From Lepidodermella squamata (lineage: Eukaryota; Animalia; Gastrotricha): a stretch of DNA of 64,000 bases. Made by a program: the position numbers and the translations under genes. Shown piece by piece: positions 49,096 through 60,910 of this stretch. The stretch is taken from assembly GCA_047495785.1 (NCBI GenBank), contig JBLDXI010000016.1:372001-436000 (forward strand). The letters run 5' to 3'. The notes beneath the pieces are model-generated. The model did no database searches. It had not been told where the DNA came from and saw only the letters and a list, made by a program, of their open reading frames with translations. Positions within the stretch are counted from its first letter, which is position 1; each line of letters starts with the position of its first letter.

Positions 49096-49429
49096 CACAT
49101 GACACATGGCTGATTTAATCATGGCCATTTTTATTCAACAACAGAGCATCCATTTCGCTTTGACGCACGTGCCGGTCTTTAGCTTGCCGTATGTTATTAT
49201 CCAATTATCCATTATCTAATAAAAATTAATAGTCATTATCCAACCGGCTTGCCGGCTTTAAGCTATATCATTAAAGCGGCCGTCAACCTCTAGAAGAGAA
49301 AGTGTGAACGTATCACATGACGTATCAATGGCATACGGCAAGCTAAAGACCGGCAAGTGCGTCAAAGCGAAATGGATGCTCTGTTGTTGAATAAAAATGG
49401 CCATGGTTAAATCAGCCATGTGTAATGTG
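49096..49429. mobile_element. Foldback MITE with ~100-bp TIRs
   Basis: acacatggctgattta..gcttgccgtatg is inverted as catacggcaagc..aatcagccatgtgt; TSD not resolved. Confidence 0.8.
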
Positions 49430-50758
49430 TAACTAACTTCGAAAGAAAGCGATAGAATATTTGAAAAACCATAACTGATGACCTGTCATCTGCCAGACAA
49501 TGATGTCTTGCAACCAAAGAAACGTTCGAAAAGTAGCCAACAGCCAATCGGAAATGATGCAATTTCATTGAAGTTGTTACCTGTTAGATGAGACTTAGAA
49601 GGCTTCGTCGTAAGGAGTCTTTAATCATTATCAAATATTATATCGGCCGTTATGAAACTGTCATAAAATGAAAATAAGCAGATATATGTCACCTAATTCG
49701 CCATCGTCTAATCTAAATTTTTGCACCAATAATTAAACAATTTGAAATGAAACGAGACCACAGCTAGCATCAATTTGATAACGATAATTGATTGGAAAAA
49801 GTTCCCGTGACACATGTGAAATAAGGCTTATTACAAACGTACCTATTTTATTGAATATTTTATTACAGTCAATCATTACAGTATAACGAAACTGCATTAA
49901 TCAGAGATTGCAATACCATTTTCACAATACTGAAAGTTTACTAAAAACAAGAATGTTGCAACCGCTTGCCGTCATAGCTCAGGGTTTCTGTGTGCATTCC
50001 TCCTGATCAATCCTGTGTAAAACCAAGTCTCGCCAGGCAGCTAAACGAGGAACAACATCGTACAAATCATCTCTGTAAAAGAAATATCTTCAGTAGAATG
50101 CAAATTCTATAGATGTGTAACTTTTTATCACATAGCAGTGTAATTATAAAAGACCCTAAAAGCGCAAATGGCTAAAGCGGCTACCTGTTCTGCCCCATCC
50201 GCAAATTAATACGGCAAATATTGCACATGACACTTTATACATGTGAGCCTGAATTTGTACATTCTACTTGCTTTAACGTTAAAATGTTTGAACAAGTCCC
50301 CAGTTTTCACCAAATTTCACCCTTTAAAGAGATTTACAATGTTCTGCACTTCGCATAGCCTCTAAAAATCCAGAAATTGAATGAACTACGAACTAGCTCT
50401 GGTCTGATATCGAATTTCTGATACCTTGATGCTAAAATTACAGAACGGGCAATGCTTAAAATGCTTGAAAGTCTAGTACGATTGTCGAAAGACTGAAAGA
50501 CTGAAAGACAAAATCTTGAATGTTACGTTCTTTGACTCCTTTTCAGATTGATATGTAACAACTTTGTCACGCCTTTATTTTTATTTTCGACTAAGGTACA
50601 AGGTTAATTTATCTAAGACATGCTATAATCGAATAACTAGCGTGATATAACATTATTAGATTACTGAGCATTGCTTTGCCGTCGATCCGCGTGATTTCGC
50701 GTATAAACATCATCCTGCTGCGATTATCGCACATTTGATAAGTTCCATTTAGTCATTT

Positions 50759-51610
50759 TTAGTTGGCGCAGTATTCAGTATTCAAGTTGTACATCGTCAG
50801 GGAGTCCATTGTGTTTGCGTTAGTCGAAGCAAAAGCGAGGAACAGAGCTGAACAGCAGGCGCGGAAAGAATTGAACCCGTAAGCCGATAAAGATGTTTTT
50901 GGCTTTGACTTACAAGTCGGTGGAATAACAAAATTACTTATGACTTGAAGAAATACGAGTTAAACATACAGGAACTGCAGCTGCGAGCAGAGAGATGAAA
51001 TTTGTATTCGTCGTTGAAGGGTCGCAAGAGTGTGGGAAGTTGAAGCAACGAGCGGCATCTGGCGCTGTGCCCTGTGTGCAAGGCTTGTACGGAGTCGTAT
51101 CGGCTCCAACTATGCACATAGTTTGCGCCGTAGGCAGCGTTGACACGACTTGGTAGAAAACGTTAGGTGCCGGGCCAGCTCCGGCGCAACAGGCGGAGAA
51201 TGAGTCGTAGGTGGTAGCTGGAACGACAGCCTATATGATTTGAATGATAAATTTCAGCCGATTAATTGAGTTCAAAGTGCGTGATTCACAGTAGCACCGC
51301 CAATCGCAGCACAGTTAGCCCCAGGGTTCGATAGGCAGAACTTCATAGCCGTCGTAGAGGTTGTGACAGAGTTGACTGTACATAGCGTGAATTGGCCCTA
51401 ATAGTTAAGAGAGCGATGATTTTCAAAATTGTGTTAACAAAACGTTACAGCTTGATCGCAAAACTGCGAGTTTGTGCAGCCGCTTTCAGCGCAAGTTAGT
51501 CCAGAGGAGCAGGTCGAAGACGGGCACGGCGTCGAGGCAACAGTCGATGGCGGGCAAGCCTCGACTGACGTCGCAGCAACAGCTAACAGGGTGGCTAGGA
51601 AAATTCTCAT
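50759..51610 (-). CDS. Secreted Cys-rich protein A (unrecognised family, 4 exons)
   Basis: MRIFLATLLAVAATSVEACPPSTVASTPCP..|GQFTLC..KFC..|..YDSFSACC..YKPC..CFNFPHSC..|..FNSFRACC..EYCAN*. Confidence 0.85.
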
Positions 51611-52100
51611 ACTCGCAGGATGATTTTAGCAAGTTTTGAAAGAAATTAAATCTGGCTCGGTAGTATTTGGATGTGCTTCATAGCCGAATCCCGTGACTGT
51701 CTGACCACATTATCTACGGTAGTTGAAATCAAGTGCTTCCAGTCACAAAAACTATGAGGCGTTATGAAAGTCAACAAATTACCGTAAACATGTGATTCAC
51801 TCCGAAATTTGGTGAATTTTGCGCATTCGCCATTTCCAGACCATAATAATTGATGCCATTATTGTAATGTGGATGCGCGTGATCCCAGGATGATATGTCA
51901 AGTTATCCCGATGAAGTTCGCAGACGGAATCGGCTACCGGAGGGCGTTGCTACGACTTGTTAACAAGTTTCAGTAGTTTCAAACGGCATATCTAGGTCTG
52001 AACGTGATTCAAGTTCTGAAGGACAAGCTGCGTGCTGTAAAATGCTAGCCACAGTCGAAAGGGCAAAATTTTACTTTTGACAATTTTCGTAGCAACAACC

Positions 52101-52912
52101 ATGCTAGCTGCTGTTTTACTGCTGGCTTTGATTTTGATCACCGACCAGGCCCAAGCCTGCCCGCCATCAACGACCGCCGCTACGCCGTGTCCTTCAGTGG
52201 TAACTTGCGTGTCTGGAACCTCATGTCAGCAGACCGCTTGCCCTAAATCAGGCTACGCTTGTTCGACTAAGGTATGAAATCCCGTGAAGGCGAATGCCGT
52301 ACCATTTTAAAAGCTTTCAGGGCCAATTTGCGCAATGCACGGTCAACACCAATGTCATAGCCGCTGCAGCCAAATTCTGCCTTTCGACTGGCTCGTGTAC
52401 AGGAATTACTGGCGCATCTGTAAGTTTCTCGTTGTATTCGCTCAATTCCGCTCACCTTTTGAGCTTCTAGGGGACGGGAACGACTGCCAACTCGTTCCTG
52501 AGCTGTTGTTCTGGCTTGAGCCCCATAACATCGACGATTCAGTACATCCAACTGACGATCAGCAGTACGCCCACGACAATGTGTGTTGCTACGAGTGACG
52601 TAGCAATGTACAGGATGTGCAACACTCCGAGTGCTGCTGTTATGGCTGGCGCTTCGTGCGTTCGCTTCCCGAGCTCGTGCGAAACCAACAAGGTTCAAAT
52701 GACAACGACAGTGGTTAGTTGAGAACCAGTAGCATATTCTTGTCACTTGCTGCCTTTTTCTATTACAGGAAGGAGTCACAACTTTTGTGTACGATACTTT
52801 CCGTGGATGCTGCAAAGCAATTCAACTTTCCTCTACGCCAACATCATCTCAATTCACATCTGTCGATGTTCTCGGCGTTACGGTCGATAAATGTGTGGGT
52901 GTGCAGACTTGA
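52101..52912 (+). CDS. Secreted Cys-rich protein B (4 exons)
   Basis: MLAAVLLLALILITDQAQACPPSTTAATPCP..|GQFAQC..KFC..|..NSFLSCC..YRMC..CVRFPSSC..|..YDTFRGCC..DKCVGVQT*. Confidence 0.85.
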
Positions 52913-53540
52913 TAGACGGATAAACGCGGCTACAGTAAACTGCTGGAATTTCGCTATCGATGAACTCTCCGAGTAACTGCACAGCTGTTATAATAAAAGG
53001 CATTAGGATGAATAAAAGGCTTCTACATTACCTTCGTAACACGTGTTGTAATGAATACAAGCGGCTATTTATCGCATGTAGGATATTATCCATTGAGTCA
53101 ACACAATGGGAACCGGAGGGTAGCTTGTTGAAAGCGGTCATTTCAAGCATCAAGCTTCATAATGTGCCTTCTTATCATCCATCCTACAAGAATCTGGTTT
53201 TTCATACTATCCTATTCTCCTATTCTTCTTGATTCGCTCGGAATTCCGAATTACAGCTTGCCGCTAAATATCTTTTGAGTTGTATCGAATCCCCAGACTA
53301 GATATATTATTAATCTTTGGTAAACCTGGAATATCGGCGTTCTATCTGTATCAATCGATTCGCTGAGCAAACCAGTTTGATATCCCATTCAGGCCGAAAT
53401 TCGTAAAGTTCAATTCAAGGTTATGCAATCCATATTTCTTATTCCAGCCTTCTGGGGGCTCATTAACATATTTTTGAGAGTATAATGCCCAGTTTAAATT
53501 GCATAGCATCTAGGAGGATTTTTTAGATAATTATTGAATC

Positions 53541-53669
53541 CAGAGACCCGACTAGGTACAGCTCTGAGGGGGGTAAATCGATTTGGAAATCAACAGGGGG
53601 GACCATTACGTTTTTCAGAAAGTTTCGAACGCCAGTGGGGTTTATTTATCCCCCGTACTCGGAGCACTG
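53541..53669. mobile_element. hAT-type MITE (family of 32143-32300)
   Basis: Shared internal sequence; 8-bp TSD ATTGAATC. Confidence 0.85.
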
Positions 53670-53878
53670 ATTGAATCGACAGAGTGATCAGATGAGTTTC
53701 TGTGCGGTGTTCAAAACGTGCATTTCAATTTTAGTGCGATCAAATACTGCCTCGACTGATATCAGTGTCTTTTATTGATATTATGTACAATTCATTGACA
53801 AACAGTAACGTAGGCATTATTGTGCCAATAGCAGATGAATAATAGATAAGGCGTTCCGTTCCGCGCTCCACAATTCAA

Positions 53879-54725
53879 TCAAAAATTTTGTTGACAGGAG
53901 TCAAAGCTACCATCCGAGATAGTCGACGGTGCATAAACGCCCTTTGCTGTCGGCTGCAATATAGCTGCGCAGCATTGCTGGAACGTAGCGAACGAGTAAG
54001 CTGCCGGCACAGGGGCAACATTCTGGAATAGTGGACCTCACTATGCACTCATCTTAAAATACTTGCACAGGCAAACTTACGGTCGACGCTAACTGGGATC
54101 CTCCCGAGATACACGAACTGGGCAGGCGAATGCAACCCCCCCATTTATTAGCCAACGAGCCTGGACTGAAGGAGCACACCTTGTATGGCAGCGCTTCGTT
54201 AGTGCCGTAACAAGTGGTTATTAAATATCCCCGATATCTCGTTGACGTAGTCTGATCATAGAAAACATTCGACCCAGTAGCAGCACAGCACGACGCAAAG
54301 TCGTTATATGTTTGCAAAGGGTTAGCAGCCTTTATGGAAAGATGCATTCAATATGAATCAAAACAATGAAAAGTCAGGCTCACGTAAGCATTAGTTCTTA
54401 ATTCAGTGCTGTCGCATGACTGTCCGGGATTATTGTAGCAAAAGCCGATAATCGTATTCAAATTCGTTTTGTATTGGCACAAGGTATATTGATTCTATTG
54501 AAAGAAATGCAACTCTCCTACTAGACATTGGCACCCTGGAAGATAACTCACAGCCAAGGCGCAGGCTGTGCCCGAAGGACAAGCTGTGGCACCACACGAA
54601 ACACCGGATGGGCACGAAGCTGCATTAGGGCAGGGCGTCGCAGTCGACGAGGTCGTCGAAGCAGGACAGGCGACTGCAGCTCCCAGAAGGGTGGCGAAGA
54701 GCGCAACAGTTGACAGTACAGCCAT
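53879..54725 (-). CDS. Secreted Cys-rich protein C (4 exons)
   Basis: MAVLSTVALFATLLGAAVACPASTTSSTATPCP..|NQYTLC..GFC..|..YNDFASCC..YKVC..CIRLPSSC..|..FATFQQCC..DSCQQNF*. Confidence 0.85.
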
Positions 54726-55151
54726 TTCGAAAATAACACTAAAAGTTGTAAGAAAAGGTCGACCTTCTGCTTTATCGGGTTGAAGCAACCCGTCTGAACC
54801 GTTTCGATAAAACCGCGATTGCATTATTACATCAAAGTCGAATTCATTCGACTAAAAATCGGAAATTCGAAACCAATGAATTGACAAATAATGCAACTCA
54901 TTGGTTCACTTTTTTCTACAAAATACCGAAAAAACATAATTCTGAATATATTATTTCACCCGTTCAAAATTGACTGGTTGATACGGTAGCTGTCATGTTG
55001 CTCTTGTGATGTTGAGGGCGGACAAAACATGACCTAATGATGAAAAAATCACAAGTTTTAGGAGTGAGAGTCAGACAAGCCTTTGGCGTGTTCGTAAAAC
55101 TGGTTGGGTGGCTGTGTTTTCTGCATTTTCGTACACTAGCTAGCTTGAGAA

Positions 55152-56000
55152 ATGCGTGCCTTTTTTTCAGCCCTGCTCATCTCCTACGTAGCTGCCTGCC
55201 CCCCGTCAACGACTACAACGCCTTGCCCAACAGGTAGATTTCAGGCTTCTAGAATATTCTATAAATACGCAATGCTTATTGTCTGAAAGCGACATGCCCA
55301 ACCGGCCAAGTCTGCGGTGGCTCCACATGTCCTACCAGTCAATATTGCGGAGCGCCGGTAGGCTATAATATGTATTTTCAAGCAATTTCAAGCTTTGTGT
55401 ATTTCAGGGCTCCTATTCACAATGTCAACTAGCAGTAACCAGCGGTCAGGTCACCTTTTGCATGAATAGGGCCGGCGCATCGTGCGGTCTGCTAACAGGG
55501 GGAGCGGTACGCTTTGCGTTCAGTTCAGAGTATTGAACACTCATGGCTGTTATTTCGTAGACCTTGGTCGGATCGACAACTTACACGACGTTTGACTTGT
55601 GCTGTTCGGGGTTGAGTGCACAAGTTACTGATGTTTTGCCTTTGAGCCCGCCGCTACAAGTCTGCATCGCTACACCGGATACGGATGCTACTAAAGTTTA
55701 CAAAGTCTGCGCGCCGACGTCAACCATTGGCAATGGCGTGTGTTACCGCTTCCCGTGGACCTGCGACTCGACGGCGAAAGTTTTCGCCACTCAAACAGTA
55801 AGTCTACAGCGTAATGATCATCCGTTTTCAATCCACATTTCTCTCTGTAAAAGACCCCAGCTAATTTGTTACTTGGTTCTGGGTCCTACGCTTCATTCGT
55901 ACTCTGCTGTGTATCTTTGAGTTCTCCCACTGCGAAGTTGTCATTCTCAACAGCGACGATGTACGGCTTCACTATGGAGAAATGTGCGCAGAATGCGTGA
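55152..56000 (+). CDS. Secreted Cys-rich protein D (5 exons)
   Basis: MRAFFSALLISYVAACPPSTTTTPCPT|ATC..|GSYSQC..TFC..|..YTTFDLCC..YKVC..CYRFPWTC..|..YASFVLCC..EKCAQNA*. Confidence 0.85.
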
Positions 56001-56416
56001 TCGATTACTTGGATCGGATAAACATTGCTAATATCTCCAACTTGTGGATATCGCGGGGTGGGCAACAGAAGATAAGGCACGCAACTAACTTGACGGATAT
56101 GACGAAATATTGTTTTACGCCAGTTTTTCTATAAAAGTCGTTATGTCGCCTTCGTTATCAAATGACAGAAGCGTTCCCAGAATTTAAGTTGTAATTGCCC
56201 GTTATATCTATTTTGTGCCAAAGTAAACAAAAATGACGATCCATTCGGTTACTGCCTCATTCAAATATACTTATATCATCTTCCATTATAGGGCGACTTT
56301 GCAGTCACGTGAATAAAGGCAAAGTCCACCTACGTTTTTATTGACTGATCGGCCGGTCGGTCGGGTGGTCGCACAGTTGCTCACTCTTCACGATTTATAG
56401 TGGCGAAATCTTGTCA

Positions 56417-56699
56417 CAGTGGGGGAACACAGTGGCGCAGTGGATCGAGCGCCCCCTCATCATCGTGAAGGTCGTGCGTTCGATTCCAGCTGCCCACAGA
56501 GCAACACCAAAAAGTGTTGCGGCCTTGAACAAGTCGCTTCGCCCCAGCTCCCGGGCCTGGACATGCGAAGCCTGTGTGTGCGCATGATTCCCTGTGTGTC
56601 TGTGTTAGGCAGTAAAATGCCCACTCCTTCAAAACGGGAAACCGTTAGAGACGTTTAGTCGTAAGGAGTATAAATAAAGCCATATTATTATTATATTAT
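56417..56699 (+). mobile_element. tRNA-derived SINE
   Basis: A box TGGCGCAGTGG, B box GTTCGATTCC, central CCTTGAACAAGTCGCTT, (ATT)n tail, 11-bp TSD AAATCTTGTCA (56406-16, 56700-10). Confidence 0.9.
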
Positions 56700-56918
56700 A
56701 AATCTTGTCAAGCGATCGCTCTTGGATTTATAGGAAATCCATCGTTTTCAATATATCAGTCTACCTTCTGAAATGGCTTCTAACACACTTAAATGGGAAG
56801 TTGAGAATGTAATAGGGAAGTTGAGAAATTTTAATAAATAAACAAGTTTAATAGGGTTTTGTCAGAGAAATTGTCAGAAATTTGTCAGAGAAAGTCAGAG
56901 ATTTCAAATTTGAATTGA
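56541..56918. repeat. 378-bp direct repeat, copy 1
   Basis: Identical by eye to 60288-60665. Confidence 0.95.
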
Positions 56919-59900
56919 AATGGTTTATTATTATTTATGAACATTATTAAATGGCCCGCTTCACCAACCCGTAGGTTAAATGTGAAGGGTATCAAATCGA
57001 GTAAATATCCACGACACATAAGTATTGGGCTCATAGGGCCTTAAGGGTCCTAGAATTAAGTTTTGAAAAATATTCCTTTATATCAGACAACATACATCCT
57101 AGTTTAACACAATCTACATAATCTAGGTAATCGTATCCTTAAATTTCAATAATCGTATCCTTAAATTTCAAATTAGCATGACAACATAGATTCACAATTG
57201 TAACATCATCACGACAAATTTACAAATAATACAAAGTTAGAAATTTTGACAGCCGACAGCCTCAGCTACTGCCAGTTCCGCCCCGGGCCACCGCCTAAGC
57301 GAGTCGCCACCCGGGGCCCAACTGCTGCCAGCAACGACGAACAGCTAGAACCATACCAACCCGCCAACTGCTAAGTAGACCATGAAGAACCAAGCCAAGG
57401 GTTCGAACCCCCGCCGTTGTCAAACGAAACTAGACCAAGGAGAACAGGAACGAGAAGAACCAATTTCCACCAGCACCAGCATAGTCACTAGCGCACCCCG
57501 CGAACATACGCACATTCAACAGGCTAATATGAACCCCAATAAAACCAATAACCCTCAGGCTTCAATTACCGCCAATTAAATTAGGCCGCAGTTACCAAGT
57601 GCAACCTTAGTCGCGAATCCTAGCGTTTAGAACGCCTTACTTTCTCGTAATTCCCATTCAAGAACAGTAACTTGAAACAGATACGGCCGGAACGCGATCA
57701 ATCCCAGATGCCGGTTAACTTTACATCCCCCGACAACTAGGCGAAAGCGCTAGCAATATCAAAGCCGTTTTAACAACTTGCGATCACTCCCAAATACCGG
57801 TTGACATTTCATCCCCCGGAAATTAGGCGAAGGCACAACCAGACAACAAGATCGAGAAACCAACAACTCCCGGGCGGCTGCCAGCACCGAGGCAACGGCC
57901 AGCAGCGAGCAGTAGTTCCGCTACGAGAGTGATATGAAGTACCAGAATTAAAACCGCATAGCCAACTTAAAAGACGGAAATTGAAGCACATAGGCCCAAA
58001 TTTGTTTTCCGCACCCATTAGCCCACGAAATGCCGTAGTCCGAAGCAGAACTAGCGACTTACAAACACTCGAAAATAAGCTAGTGAATAAGTGCATAATT
58101 GGCATCCGGATGAACCACATCGCAACGCTGTATCAGTGGGGCGATAGGAAGTAATGGCAGCAAGCCAGATTGCACCACACAGGTCTCCGAAGTTGCCTGC
58201 GGTAGCTGATAGGACGGCCCATTCACACCGTATTGCTGCGGTGCGATAGACGAAAAGCCATATTTCATGGCATATTGAAAGGCAGCAGTTAATTGCTCTA
58301 CCATACTAGCCAGGCGGCTGATTTCGGCCGCTTGTGAAGCAACAACATCTTGCAAAGACGTAAAGAACTCCAACCGCAAATCCACGGGAGCAGAAGGAGA
58401 TTGATCTTGCGCAACCGCCCCCACAACCACATCCGCGAATGATACGCCTTCGCGAGAAGTTGCATCTCTCTTACTACTGCTAATCGCCTGGGCTTCAACC
58501 AACTCTGCGGCATCGCTGAACTTCGGCCTTGATATGCGGGCAACCGCGAAAAAAGGCTGAATGAGAACCGTTACAACGGGCACAGTGTTGCGACGTGCTA
58601 TCACAACGCCACCTATCATGGCCAACTACGCCGCACGTAGAGCACCTCAGAGCTGCTAGGCATTGCGCCGTTGAATGTCCAATGCAGAGACAACGACTAC
58701 ACACTATCACATCCGGCGCAGAGCGCCACGAGCGCGCTTTAACTTGATAACCATAAAAGTAGAACCCATCTGCGATCAGCTGCTCATGCACAGCCGTCGA
58801 CTTACATAATACACCAAAGCTACAGGCAGTGCCAGCTATTGGCCAGGCGTCATCGATAATCTCGTCCCAGCCACCTAAGATTTCTTCAACAGACATTTAC
58901 AGACGGCTTTAAGGCGATCGACATCGCGAAAACGAATGCGTACAGCCTGTGGTTGTTCAAATTTCGACGGCCGATGTGGGCGCGCCGACCCGCCGAAAGC
59001 ATCAGCAGGCCAATCGGCCTTTGATAACACGGCTCTTAAACTATATGCATCTGTGCATAGGATGCCAAAGCCGCCACGAGGGTATATCCAGACATTATTA
59101 TGCTTCACATCAGGTGCTATGCGATGCAACTCTCGAACGCAGAGGAAAAGCGAATTAAAAAATGGAGAAATGCCATCAATAATGACGATATTGCAATCAT
59201 CAGAAATATATACAGCCATTTGCCCTTCATCGCTATTTGCCGTGGTATCGCCGTAGCCAGATTCGCAATAATCAGCGCCTTCGATAACTGCTGTTTGCGC
59301 CACATCAAAACGAATGCGTAGAGGCATTGGCGGCTCTGAGCCATCCACAACGCCAAAATTAGAATTACGAACTATCTCTTGCACAGCAATCAGAACAGGC
59401 TTAGAGCCATTAGGAACGAGTTCAATACCATCACCAGATTCAAGAACATGCGCCGCAATACCAAGGGGTTCAGGCGCCGCGAACGTAATAGACTTGGTAT
59501 TTGTTTGTACCGCATCAAGACGAGTGCATATAGACATTGGCGGCTCTGAGCCAGCCACAACCTCTGTTACTTGCGCAGCGTGAATTTCCGGTATGTCAAT
59601 GACAGAATCGCTACCAGAAATAACGGCGACGTTAGAAGCAAACGTTTCCACAACTTTTATATCATCAAACCGAGTGCATAGAGGCATTGGCGGCTCTGAG
59701 CCAGCCACAACGCCACCTTTATAATTAAGATCTAGCTCTTGCGCGACAATAGTGTCAGGCTTAGTGCCGCTAGGAACCAGTTCAGAATCACTGCCAGCGT
59801 CAAGATCAGAAGACGCATCACTAGCTTCGAGATCAGGCGCACTAGATTTAGCACGATTTTTAATCCTCCTACGCGTTTTCCTCGACGGAACACGCCGAGA

Positions 59901-60287
59901 ACCATCATCATTGTAGTCTCTGGCATCGCGAGCAATCAAGTCAGCAATTATTTTTGGTGATCCGACTTCCTGTTCTATCGATTCCATCAAAAGCACCAGC
60001 TTTTTAAGGCGGGGATTCCTAACCTGCCAAGCAGAAGATTCGCTAGCAGGAATGGGAGGGCCGATAGACGGCGGGGGAATATACGCAAGGATAGTTTCCA
60101 AATCCGCTTTGGAATATTCAGGCCGTTTATACATGATTCTCAGAAAGGTGATGATTCAATCGCAGCCTTAAGGCCGAAAAGGAAATACAATTTCTTAAGG
60201 CAAAAGTTTTTTCTAGAAAAATTTTTCCAAGTCAAAAAATGGACTTTGAGCCCAAAACTCGGATCGAAAAACCAGGAACAAAATTCA
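56919..60287 (-). mobile_element. Non-autonomous non-LTR-type element encoding only a frameshifted gag/ORF1-like protein
   Basis: ORFs 60134-58875, 58896-58495 and 58625-58080; three knuckles CSRCLCIGHSTAQC, CSTCGVVGHDRWRC, CARCNGSHSAFFRGC and an SFADVV motif; no EN/RT; (TAA)n/AATAAA at the 3' end. Confidence 0.8.
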
Positions 60288-60665
60288 GCCCCAGCTCCCG
60301 GGCCTGGACATGCGAAGCCTGTGTGTGCGCATGATTCCCTGTGTGTCTGTGTTAGGCAGTAAAATGCCCACTCCTTCAAAACGGGAAACCGTTAGAGACG
60401 TTTAGTCGTAAGGAGTATAAATAAAGCCATATTATTATTATATTATAAATCTTGTCAAGCGATCGCTCTTGGATTTATAGGAAATCCATCGTTTTCAATA
60501 TATCAGTCTACCTTCTGAAATGGCTTCTAACACACTTAAATGGGAAGTTGAGAATGTAATAGGGAAGTTGAGAAATTTTAATAAATAAACAAGTTTAATA
60601 GGGTTTTGTCAGAGAAATTGTCAGAAATTTGTCAGAGAAAGTCAGAGATTTCAAATTTGAATTGA
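60288..60665. repeat. 378-bp direct repeat, copy 2
   Basis: Identical by eye to 56541-56918. Confidence 0.95.
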
Positions 60666-60910
60666 CCGCCAAAGAAATTTCTAAAAATAAAGAAATGCGT
60701 GAAAAAAAACATAATTCGGGCCACCCTGAAATGACAATATGCACATCAACGCAACTCATTTGCATAATCACATATTCATTATGCGTCATTTTTCAATCGG
60801 TTATTTCCTGCTCTGGTAATCATTTTGAACACGTCGTTATTGCGATTCACACGCTGTGTTACAGTGTACTTGGCCGCCCCATATGGTCCCGGTTGCGGTT
60901 TTGAAAGGAT

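Noticed and set aside
56541-60665. LTR retrotransposon with 378-bp LTRs
   Set aside because: No TG..CA, PBS, PPT or outer TSD; the repeat begins within a pre-existing SINE; the knuckles are of LINE ORF1 type
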